Assembly (NCBI GenBank): GCA_013816135.1
Contig: JACDEV010000002.1
Coordinates: forward strand, 33,120 to 97,119
Reading direction: 5' to 3'
Source of the DNA: Patescibacteria group bacterium
GTDB taxonomy: Bacteria > Patescibacteriota > Minisyncoccia > Phycocordibacterales > DATDWN01
DNA length: 64,000 nt
Under the pieces are notes generated by a model. It searched no databases, had not been told where the DNA came from, and worked only from the letters and a program-made list of their open reading frames with translations. Made by a program: the position numbers and the translations under genes. Below are positions 1 to 7,460 of this stretch, piece after piece (within the stretch, counting starts at the first letter, position 1; the number at the start of each line of letters is the position of its first letter).

Positions 1-126
1 ATATACATATATAGTAGCAGGTTCTTCCCACATAGGGGTATTTCTAGGTGTCTGTCCTCTGTGAGAATGTGATGCTTTATCTTTCAAACCTTCATAAGCT
101 TCAGTTTCTACAATCATGAAAGACAT
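1..126 (-). CDS. DNA-3-methyladenine glycosylase (MPG/AAG family), N-terminal part; gene continues beyond window start
   Basis: Reverse-strand translation gives MSFMIVETEAYEGLKDKASHSHRGQTPRNTPMWEEPATIYVY, matching the conserved MPG-family motif (RIVETEAY...AH..RG.T.RN..MF...G..YVY). An in-frame stop lies just upstream of the first ATG. Confidence 0.6.
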   Translation of the reverse strand, partial: MSFMIVETEAYEGLKDKASHSHRGQTPRNTPMWEEPATIYVY

Positions 127-246
127 AATCTTATCTCTAGTCTTTCTTGTTAAATATTTTCCAATAAGATCTCTAGCTACTAAAACAGAATTCCTATTAA
201 AGAATTCTGGTTTTAGTATTCTCTTCATTTGTAAAATATCTAATTA

Positions 247-579
247 CTATTTCATACAAATTCCTCCAACATCTCCAAAAGGCAATTTAGATCCTGGTTC
301 AGGCTTACACTGATAACCAGCTATACAAGTTTTAGCTGTAGCTGTGTTTCCACCACAATGCTGTCCAGGTCCAGCAAAAGTTGAATATGTTGTTGTAGTG
401 CTAATAGTTGTAGTAGTAACTCCACCAGATGATGCAGAAGTATCGGTATTATTATTTGTATTCACAGTTGTGTCCGTATTATCCATTGTATCGGGAACAT
501 CATTTCTCATAAAGTAAAACGCTCCACCTAAAACTACTAAAACCGCTATTAATATAACTAAAATTTTATTTGTATTCAT
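247..579 (-). CDS. small secreted Thr-rich protein with N-terminal signal/TM segment and Cys-rich C-terminus (hypothetical)
   Basis: 110-aa ORF. Hydrophobic N-terminus (ILVILIAVLVVLGGAFYF), poly-Thr linker, and 4 Cys in the last 40 aa. Confidence 0.4.
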   Translation of the reverse strand: MNTNKILVILIAVLVVLGGAFYFMRNDVPDTMDNTDTTVNTNNNTDTSASSGGVTTTTISTTTTYSTFAGPGQHCGGNTATAKTCIAGYQCKPEPGSKLPFGDVGGICMK

Positions 580-650
580 ATTTTAAGTATATACCCCAAT
601 AAACTTTACGCAAGTAATTTTAACATTTAATTAATACAGTAATTTCTTTA

Positions 651-766
651 GATTTTTGTTTGAGTTCAAGGCGCGACGTTTTGTTTTTGACCAAGGTGTA
701 CATGCTAGTACTCCGCGGGAGAAAATGAAACTAGCAACGCAGAAATCGAACAAAAAAATAAGAAAT
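651..766 (-). repeat. conserved ~115-nt 3'-UTR element, copy A (second copy at 61071-61186, ~85% identical)
   Basis: Starts immediately after the lexA stop codon. Aligns base-for-base with 61071-61186 over its whole length. Contains the GTAC-N5/6-GTAC mini-hairpin and the CAACGCAGA block. Confidence 0.6.
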
Positions 767-1344
767 TAATACTTTCGTATTACACCTTTAACTATAGCTG
801 CAATCTTCAAATCATACTGAGGATATATCGGTGAATAGTTCTTATTAGCCGGTTTTAAATAAACTACATTCCCTTTCTTCTTGAAGTACTTCATTGTCCA
901 GCCACCATCAACTTCTGCAATAACAATATCTCCGTCCTTTGGGTTTCCTCGTCTCTCTACTAAAACCAAGTCACCTTCCTTAATCCCTTCGTCAATCATT
1001 GAATCACCTTTTACTTCCAAAAGATAAGTTGATTCTTTGTTCCCCACTAAGTATTCATTAATACTAAGAGTCTCGGAACTCATCTCGTCTACTGAGGTTG
1101 GAAATCCTGCTTCAACAAGTCCAAGTAAAGGAATCTCACCAAATATCTTCATGGGAGTAAGTTTACCGTTTGAGTCTTTATCTATGACCTCATCATCAAC
1201 AAGTTTATTAATCAATTTATAAACAGCGTTCTTGGACTTGAAACCAACAAGGGTCATGATCTCTTTGTAACCTGGCATCCTTCTATTTTTTCTATAGAAG
1301 GATAGAATCTTATTTTTGTAGTCAGAGTAGTTTTGATCACTCAT
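766..1344 (-). CDS. lexA: LexA repressor (S24 peptidase, SOS regulator)
   Basis: N-terminal wHTH followed by an S24 domain. Ala-Gly cleavage site (VEAGFP), GDSM catalytic Ser motif and a downstream Lys. Confidence 0.9.
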   Translation of the reverse strand: MSDQNYSDYKNKILSFYRKNRRMPGYKEIMTLVGFKSKNAVYKLINKLVDDEVIDKDSNGKLTPMKIFGEIPLLGLVEAGFPTSVDEMSSETLSINEYLVGNKESTYLLEVKGDSMIDEGIKEGDLVLVERRGNPKDGDIVIAEVDGGWTMKYFKKKGNVVYLKPANKNYSPIYPQYDLKIAAIVKGVIRKY

Positions 1345-1348
1345 ATAT

Positions 1349-1549
1349 TTATATTATTGAAAATGTACCAAATGACCTCATCATCCAGTTTGTTTGTGAA
1401 CGTCTTATGTTCGACAAACTCTGAAGAATGAACTTATGTCTTCTGGCTTCTTTTGAATAAGAAAGACCTTTGATAATCTTCTCATCAATCTGATCATTTA
1501 AAACTTCTAATTCCCTCCTCAATGCTCTTTCTAAATTTTGTTTGCTCAT
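1349..1549 (-). CDS. small hypothetical protein co-transcribed with lexA from the SOS promoter
   Basis: 66-aa ORF from the internal ATG (MSKQNLERALRRELEVLNDQ...). Sits 4 nt upstream of lexA on the same strand, directly downstream of the LexA-box promoter. No SD-like sequence in the ~22-nt region upstream of the ATG. Confidence 0.4.
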   Translation of the reverse strand: MSKQNLERALRRELEVLNDQIDEKIIKGLSYSKEARRHKFILQSLSNIRRSQTNWMMRSFGTFSII

Positions 1550-1577
1550 AATTTTTGGGCTAGATTTGTATACATTT

Positions 1578-1607
1578 ATTATAGGTGAACTGTAGTTCAC
1601 TAGTCAA
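1578..1607 (-). promoter_or_regulatory. sigma70-like promoter (TTGACT-N18-TATAAT) with embedded Cheo-type LexA box GTGAAC-TGTA-GTTCAC
   Basis: On the minus strand, -35 TTGACT is the reverse complement of 1602-1607 and -10 TATAAT of 1578-1583. The palindrome GAAC-N4-GTTC at 1587-1598 lies in the spacer, the classic arrangement for SOS operators of Gram-positive-type LexA. Confidence 0.65.
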
Positions 1608-1711
1608 CAAAATAACTGTGGATAGCGACATACAACCTAATTTAATTAAGAGGTCAATAATACTTGACACATTTTTAATATATGCTATCATTTTAAATGG
1701 AGGCAAAGGTA

Positions 1712-1927
1712 ATGCCAAATTTGGACAGTCAGCGTGCAAGACTCGTCCGTTATGGACGGAGCACGGGATTTCAATCCCAAAACGGCGTCATCAACATGAG
1801 CGCCGACCAGCTTCAGGCTTCAATGAAGCCGAGACTGATTCCGACGAAAACGGCCGTTCCGCCAACCTGGAACAGCCGTCGACGTGGAGCTTGGAGTTCG
1901 GATACGGATGGTAAGGATCAGAACTAG
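1712..1927 (+). CDS. small basic hypothetical protein in a GC-rich island
   Basis: SD GGAGG (1700-1704) 7 nt before the ATG. Preceded by TTGACA (1664-1669) with an extended -10-like TGCTATCAT. Followed by the hairpin AAAGGCCGTCGCAAGACGGCCTTT at ~1988-2013. Confidence 0.3.
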   Translation: MPNLDSQRARLVRYGRSTGFQSQNGVINMSADQLQASMKPRLIPTKTAVPPTWNSRRRGAWSSDTDGKDQN

Positions 1928-2073
1928 TTTGATCCGAAGTTCTAAAATCTCTCCCTCGTAAGACCCCGCAAGTCTCCCCCTCAAACAAAGGCCGTCGCAA
2001 GACGGCCTTTCCTCATATCTATAAGTTATTTTGAAAAAAAATTTATATATGCTAGATTTTCACTGGAGAAAAA

Positions 2074-2274
2074 ATGGGTACACCTTTTTCGATACCGAAA
2101 GTGAGCTTTCAAGAATTCAATAATGGGAAGAGTGTCTGCATAGTAGTAAGTGGCACGACCCCAGCAAAGAGTTCAACTGTGAAATGGTCGCATGGAAGTC
2201 ATCTAGGTACTGCCACAGTTGTCTGGGTCGAATTAACACAAGGTCGGCAAGAAGTTTGGGTAAGAAAAAACTGA
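2074..2274 (+). CDS. small hypothetical protein (66 aa) in a GC-rich island
   Basis: SD GGAG 6 nt before the ATG. A perfect hairpin terminator follows immediately. Confidence 0.35.
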   Translation: MGTPFSIPKVSFQEFNNGKSVCIVVSGTTPAKSSTVKWSHGSHLGTATVVWVELTQGRQEVWVRKN

Positions 2275-2279
2275 TTAGT

Positions 2280-2317
2280 AAAACCCGTTTTATACATTTA
2301 TGTATAAAACGGGTTTT
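2280..2317. terminator. perfect palindromic bidirectional rho-independent terminator
   Basis: AAACCCGTTTTATACATTTATGTATAAAACGGGTTTT: a 16-bp stem flanked by A-runs and T-runs on both sides. Confidence 0.7.
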
Positions 2318-2322
2318 GAATT

Positions 2323-2559
2323 TTATATGAACTTCAACTTCTCACTACGTGTGAGTTTTTTTATATTTGATTCTGCTTTAGAAGCAGTGGAACGATTCCG
2401 AAACTTTTTTGACCACACTAGCGAAACTGGTCGCCTGGCTTTCGTATATTTTGCTCCTTTTTTCGACAAATTATGTTCTTCTAATCTTCTTTTCAAATCA
2501 ACTGTTATACCTGTGTAGAGAGTTTCATCTGCACATTTTAGAATATATAGATAATACAT
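2323..2559 (-). CDS. GIY-YIG nuclease family protein (UPF0213-like)
   Basis: MYYLYILKCADETLYTGITVDLKRRLEEH is a canonical GIY-YIG motif. Start placed at the internal Met to avoid overlapping the upstream gene. Confidence 0.8.
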   Translation of the reverse strand: MYYLYILKCADETLYTGITVDLKRRLEEHNLSKKGAKYTKARRPVSLVWSKKFRNRSTASKAESNIKKLTRSEKLKFI

Positions 2560-2563
2560 CGAA

Positions 2564-3148
2564 TTAATGTCCTTGGGATTGCCAGACCTTGATAGACTCA
2601 ACAGGATGAACCAACATAATAATATTTAATGTCAGATTATCTCTTATCCAAAACAGACAACCAAGTTCCATAATTATAACTAAGAAAATTGAAACCCATA
2701 TTTTTGAAAACCGAGCGATATAAAATCCAACAGACATCATAAGAATATCTGATACGGAGTTCAATACACTATCCCCTACATACCCTTGAGAAATAGTGGC
2801 AGCCCGGTAGCGATCGATTATAAAGTGTGAGTTTTCCAAAAGTTCCCAGCCAGCTTCTAAAACCACTGCAATCAAAAATCTATATTTTACCGGTAATTTT
2901 CTTGCGAAGTAACGCAATACCGCATAAAAAATTATTCCGTGGATTATGTGAGAAAAAGAATAAGCATCTGCAAATCTTTGCGAGTTCTCACTCCCCCAGA
3001 TATTTCCATCCCACCATCCGAACATCCCATCTGGGCCGAGGAGTGACCTACCGCCGAAATATTCAATGCCTGCGACAAATACAGCTGTCAAAAGAAAACT
3101 AATTATCACAAATCGATTATTTTTTAAGTAATTTATAACTTTGTCCAT
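2564..3148 (-). CDS. DUF2585/UPF0314-like integral membrane protein
   Basis: Several TM helices. The conserved-looking SHIIHG and WELLEN blocks are recalled as typical of this family. Confidence 0.5.
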   Translation of the reverse strand: MDKVINYLKNNRFVIISFLLTAVFVAGIEYFGGRSLLGPDGMFGWWDGNIWGSENSQRFADAYSFSHIIHGIIFYAVLRYFARKLPVKYRFLIAVVLEAGWELLENSHFIIDRYRAATISQGYVGDSVLNSVSDILMMSVGFYIARFSKIWVSIFLVIIMELGCLFWIRDNLTLNIIMLVHPVESIKVWQSQGH

Positions 3149-3163
3149 TTACTAATTATACAC

Positions 3164-4852
3164 TCAATATTCTTCTACAAATAATCTTGCTAGTCTTATT
3201 TTCAGATAACTTGGTTTTTTCTTTTGCTTCAAAAGTAGATTATAAACCGGAGATAAGGTCATAGTTCCTGTTTTCTTGAAAGCTGAGATAATGTCATCTA
3301 GTTCGCTCCGTTTCAGTTCTCGTTTTAAGTAAGTTATATCTGGACACTTTTTCTCTGCTCTCAACTCCTCCACATGAGAAACAACTGTTTCTGCTTTCAA
3401 TCCTCTAGCATCGGCAATGTCTGATAATGGTACTTCCTGTTCAAGCATTCCCGCAGTGATCTCTTGAGTAGATTTTTTTACTTCTCTATTCTCTTCCTTT
3501 TCTTTTCTTTTTATCTTTAATTTTTCTTCTGGCTCAATTGATTTTATAAATTTCTGTTGGATCTCCTGAATATCTTTTTCCGAAAGCTCATTTAAGTCAG
3601 TGACCGCATCTACTGATAAATCCCGAAATCTTTGATCCATTTCTAAGACTTCTGGATCTACCTCCAGGGCTATATCGTTAAATCCCAAAAGCTTCATACC
3701 TCCAAGTGACCTTACACGTGAAAGAGCAACATATCCCATTCCTTTTACAAACGATTTGGAAAGGTCTACTTCCATAGCATCTAGTGACATTCCCTGACTC
3801 TTATGTACTGTAATAGCCCACGCTAACCTTAAGGGGTACTGTGTAATTTCCGCTTTAACTTTGCCTTCTTCTTCTACTTTCCAAGATTGGGGAGAAACAG
3901 ACAATTTCATGCCGTTAGTTGTTTCCACAATAGGATCACCAAAAGAATTAAAATCAGAAATTACTCCTAATGTTCCGTTTACATAAATACCTTCATTATG
4001 ATTTTTTGTAAACATAACACGAGCACCTTTTTTTAAAGTTAATACCTCAGGAGACAAACAACTTTTTTTTAAACTTTCCATTAGCCCAGATGAGCCTTTC
4101 CATGTCATGTTGTATTCTTTCTCATCACCCTTTATTAGATTAAGGTGTCTTTTGTTCACCACATCTACATCGATGTTGTGAGTATAAACTCTAGTTGCAA
4201 CTGCTCCTGATTCAGGATCTTTATTAAATCTGGTTTTCAAAAGCTCGATAGTTTTTTTAGTAACTTTGTTTTCGCGTATCTGATTCAAGATAGCAAGATA
4301 AGTATTATCCTTTTGGCGATGCTGTTCCGAGAGGTGACAAATGGTAAATTTTGAAGCTAACCAGCTTTCTGCTTTATAAGCAAACTCAGACTCAGCTGAC
4401 TCCCTTATGCCTCTAGTAACAGGCGGTAGTTGAAAAAAATCCCCACATAAAATAATCTGCATACCTCCGAATGGCCTTTCATTATGTTTCATTTGTCGGC
4501 ATATCCACTCTATGAGGTCTAGTCTGAAATGATGTAGCATTGAAACTTCATCAATTATCAAAACCTTAGTACGTTCAAATCTTTTATATAAATACTGTCT
4601 TTCCATCAAATCCTCAATGTCATAATCAGTCAGAATGTCTCTAACTCCCAAACCGGACCATGAATGTATAGTCATTCCACCCAAGTGTGTAGCAGCTATT
4701 CCTGTTGAAGCTGTGACAGCTACATCTACCGCATGAGATTTCAAATAATTTATATAGGAATTCAAAACATAAGTTTTTCCACTTCCCGCCGGGCCTGTCA
4801 AAAAAACATTTTTTCCCATTTTTAAAATATCTAATGCTTCAGATTGCAACAT
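3164..4852 (-). CDS. PIF1/RecD-like ATP-dependent DNA helicase
   Basis: Walker A LTGPAGSGKTYVL and Walker B VLIIDEVSML. SF1 helicase motifs with a RecD/Pif1-type arrangement. Confidence 0.8.
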   Translation of the reverse strand: MLQSEALDILKMGKNVFLTGPAGSGKTYVLNSYINYLKSHAVDVAVTASTGIAATHLGGMTIHSWSGLGVRDILTDYDIEDLMERQYLYKRFERTKVLIIDEVSMLHHFRLDLIEWICRQMKHNERPFGGMQIILCGDFFQLPPVTRGIRESAESEFAYKAESWLASKFTICHLSEQHRQKDNTYLAILNQIRENKVTKKTIELLKTRFNKDPESGAVATRVYTHNIDVDVVNKRHLNLIKGDEKEYNMTWKGSSGLMESLKKSCLSPEVLTLKKGARVMFTKNHNEGIYVNGTLGVISDFNSFGDPIVETTNGMKLSVSPQSWKVEEEGKVKAEITQYPLRLAWAITVHKSQGMSLDAMEVDLSKSFVKGMGYVALSRVRSLGGMKLLGFNDIALEVDPEVLEMDQRFRDLSVDAVTDLNELSEKDIQEIQQKFIKSIEPEEKLKIKRKEKEENREVKKSTQEITAGMLEQEVPLSDIADARGLKAETVVSHVEELRAEKKCPDITYLKRELKRSELDDIISAFKKTGTMTLSPVYNLLLKQKKKPSYLKIRLARLFVEEY

Positions 4853-4949
4853 GGTTTCATTCTACCAACCGGACTGTGTATAAGGATAGTTGACAGTCAA
4901 GTGTAAGTATTAGAAAATCCAACATTTACTCAGGCGATTTTTAAAGAAA

Positions 4950-5603
4950 TTATTTACTTAAAACTTTCCAAGCCTCTATTTTCTTGTGATCACCTGATAA
5001 TAAAATTTTCGGTACTTTGTATTTCTTACCTTTATATTGGAATATTTCTGGACGTGTATATACATCATGACTTGATACCCGAGACTCTTCTAGAGAGGAA
5101 AAGTTCCCAAGTACTCCTTCCACTTGCCTTGCAACACAATCCAAGAGAACCATTGCTGGCAACTCACCACCAGTTAGCACAAAAGGACCTACAGAAACAT
5201 CTTCCATTTTGAAAACTTTTTTTATTCTTGCATCAATTCCTTCATATCTTCCTGCAACTAAAATAATATCAGTGTATTTTTTTGAAGTCTGTTTTGCATA
5301 TTCAGTATTGAACTGCTTACCTCCTGGCGAAAAGAAAATTATCTTCACTTTTGATTTTTTGTTTCTTTTTATTTGCGTTAAAGCCTTTTCAATTGCCTTA
5401 ATGGTTGGTAAAGCCTGAATAACCATTCCGGGTCCTCCGCTGTAAGGCTTCTGATCTACTCTCTTCCATTTGTCATCAGAATAATCTCTTGGATTATAAA
5501 AACTGACTTTTATTTTCTTATCCGCAATTGCTCGCGAGATAATAGACTCATTCAGATATGAGTCAAAAGCGCTGGGAAACAATGTTATGACGTGAAATTT
5601 CAC
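4950..5603 (-). CDS. trmD: tRNA (guanine37-N1)-methyltransferase
   Basis: TrmD signature blocks: ITLFP, GRYEGIDARI, VGPFVLTGGELPAMVLLD. Confidence 0.9.
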   Translation of the reverse strand: MKFHVITLFPSAFDSYLNESIISRAIADKKIKVSFYNPRDYSDDKWKRVDQKPYSGGPGMVIQALPTIKAIEKALTQIKRNKKSKVKIIFFSPGGKQFNTEYAKQTSKKYTDIILVAGRYEGIDARIKKVFKMEDVSVGPFVLTGGELPAMVLLDCVARQVEGVLGNFSSLEESRVSSHDVYTRPEIFQYKGKKYKVPKILLSGDHKKIEAWKVLSK

Positions 5604-5636
5604 ACCCTACTTATACCACAAATTTTGACATTAGAA

Positions 5637-5660
5637 AAGGGCGCACATTGCGCCCTTTTA
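5637..5660 (-). terminator. hairpin AAAAGGGCGCACATTGCGCCCTTTT between the Cys-rich ORF and trmD
   Basis: 9-bp GC-rich stem with a flanking T-run on the minus strand. Confidence 0.5.
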
Positions 5661-5672
5661 ATTACCCAAAAG

Positions 5673-5885
5673 CTATCTTCCCGACGCCATCTGCTCAGGC
5701 TCGTACAGCTTCACTTTTCCCCCAGCCAAAAGCTCAGTCTCTGTAGAGAAGTTTGGTAGATCGCTACCACATTGAATGCATGTAGTCTGCCCTACCAACT
5801 CCTGCTTGTAGCCGCACTCCTTTCCAGAACGGCCATCGACTACTGGTGTATTTCTACAAGTGATCCACGGTAATTGGAGAGTCAT
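5673..5885 (-). CDS. hypothetical Cys-rich small protein (possible zinc ribbon) at the position where rimM is usually found
   Basis: 70-aa ORF with C-x13-C-x11-C-x2-C spacing. GC-richer than its surroundings. Own terminator hairpin downstream. Confidence 0.25.
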   Translation of the reverse strand: MTLQLPWITCRNTPVVDGRSGKECGYKQELVGQTTCIQCGSDLPNFSTETELLAGGKVKLYEPEQMASGR

Positions 5886-6030
5886 CCATCCCCCTGGTTT
5901 GTATCTAAGTAAAATGATAACACCATTTTTTCGAAAAAAATCTAATGAGCAATCTAGAAGTGCATAACTTTTGTAGACATTAACAAAAATAACCTCGTGT
6001 GAGGTTATTTTTGTTAATTTGTTAATTAGA

Positions 6031-6354
6031 TTAAAGCTTTAAGTCGCTCATTGCATCGTCTAAGGACTTTGTAGCACTTGTTCTTACTTCGTTAATACTT
6101 CCTGCTGGCTCATTTATTTTTAGATTTACACGAGCGTTGTTCTTCATTCCTACTACGCGCAATAGTGTTCGGATTGCCTTTGCGGTATTTCCTTCTCTGC
6201 CGATTATCTTTCCCATATCGTCCTTGTGAACATCTAGTGTCATCAAAACCCCCATTTCATCTACGGTTCGAACTATTTTTACATCCTCAGGATGTTCAAC
6301 CAAAGTTTTTATTATAAAATCTAGAAACTGTACGTCTTTTTCCATGATGGACAA
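6031..6354 (-). CDS. KH-domain RNA-binding protein (YlqC/UPF0109 family)
   Basis: GKIIGREGNTAKAIRTLL matches the KH GxxG loop. Conserved position between rpsP and trmD. Confidence 0.8.
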   Translation of the reverse strand: MSIMEKDVQFLDFIIKTLVEHPEDVKIVRTVDEMGVLMTLDVHKDDMGKIIGREGNTAKAIRTLLRVVGMKNNARVNLKINEPAGSINEVRTSATKSLDDAMSDLKL

Positions 6355-6453
6355 TCAGTTAAATTATAAACCTGCACTATAATTGTAATAACTAAAAAAC
6401 TTAGTGTCAATTGTAAAATCAATAAAGAAAACAATTAATTGCGTAAAAAGAGA

Positions 6454-6906
6454 TTAAGCAGGTACTTCTTCGGTGGCGGGAGCTGGAGATGGAGTCTCTA
6501 CTGGAGTTTCCACCTCTATTTTTTCCTCAGCTTTTTCCTCAGCTTTTTCTGGAGCAGTTGCTGGTTTTGCTTCTGGTTTTTCTTCTGGAGTTGCTTCTAC
6601 CGCCTCTCCAACTGGTGCATCCTTAACAATTGCTTTCTTTAAAGGAAGAACGTTGACCTTCTTTCCAGAAATAATATTCTTGCTTACAAGAAGATTGTGA
6701 ACCGTTCCAGAAACCTGTGCTCCTTTTGAGATCCAGTAAGTTACTCTGTCTGCCTTGAAAGTAGATTTGTCTCCTCTTCTTGCATCATAGCTACCCAAAA
6801 CTTCCAATGATTTTCCGCTTTTTGCAGCGTTTTGAGACTCAGTAACAACAAGACGAAATGACGGTTCGTGTGTCCGTCCTACTCTCTGTAATCGTATTTT
6901 TAACAT
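6454..6906 (-). CDS. rpsP: 30S ribosomal protein S16 with a long Ala/Pro/Glu-rich C-terminal extension
   Basis: MLKIRLQRVGRTHEPSFRLVV is the S16 N-terminus. The C-terminal ~70 aa are low-complexity and encoded by tandem 15-bp repeats near 6527-6556. Confidence 0.85.
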   Translation of the reverse strand: MLKIRLQRVGRTHEPSFRLVVTESQNAAKSGKSLEVLGSYDARRGDKSTFKADRVTYWISKGAQVSGTVHNLLVSKNIISGKKVNVLPLKKAIVKDAPVGEAVEATPEEKPEAKPATAPEKAEEKAEEKIEVETPVETPSPAPATEEVPA

Positions 6907-6999
6907 GTACGCTATAGTAACAGAATGAAACAAAATGGTCAATTAAACAAAGCAAGTCTGACCCCCTCATTTGGAATCAGACTTGGTGACCGAGAGAAG

Positions 7000-7263
7000 T
7001 TAACACTTTTGACGGTCAATATAATTGGCACAATTACGAAGAAGGGTTTCTCGAGGAAGATTCATCTGTCCTGTGCCTTTTGAGCCTTCAGGAAGTGCCG
7101 AGTCATAAAGGGTAATGTCTGCCATCCAACACCGAGCATTGTTCTCCCGAGCTTTATGAGTCCTCAAAAGATTTCTTAAACGCTGTAGCTCCTTTCCTCG
7201 CTCGGACAAGCTCATTTCTTTAATATCACGATCCAGTTTCATCCTGAACCTTCTTTTTGACAT
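7000..7263 (-). CDS. hypothetical protein
   Basis: 87-aa ORF. A second 45-aa ORF in another frame (7235-7372) overlaps its start, so a frameshift or two tiny genes are possible. Confidence 0.25.
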   Translation of the reverse strand: MSKRRFRMKLDRDIKEMSLSERGKELQRLRNLLRTHKARENNARCWMADITLYDSALPEGSKGTGQMNLPRETLLRNCANYIDRQKC

Positions 7264-7460
7264 AAACCTTTGGTTTCAACAAAGAAAGATTATCGATGGT
7301 TTTTTGTATTGCCTCTTGTTGTTCTTTGCGACTTTTACTATTCCAAAGCTTGGTTACTTCATCCATTATGTACTCCTAATGACAAATTTATCATGAGTAT
7401 AATTTAATGTCTATAATTTTAATTTCTTATTAAAGTTCTAATCTGCTATACTAAACCGAA

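Noticed and set aside
1690-2015. Possible tmRNA, RNase P RNA or SRP RNA in the GC-rich patch
   Set aside because: No tRNA-like T-arm plus CCA end. No GGAAAGUCCGGGC (RNase P P4) or SRP domain IV consensus. The patch is better explained by two small ORFs with SD, promoter and terminators.
6439-6700. Plus-strand ORFs antisense to the rpsP C-terminal extension
   Set aside because: They are low-complexity translations of the opposite strand of the tandem 15-bp repeats encoding the S16 tail.
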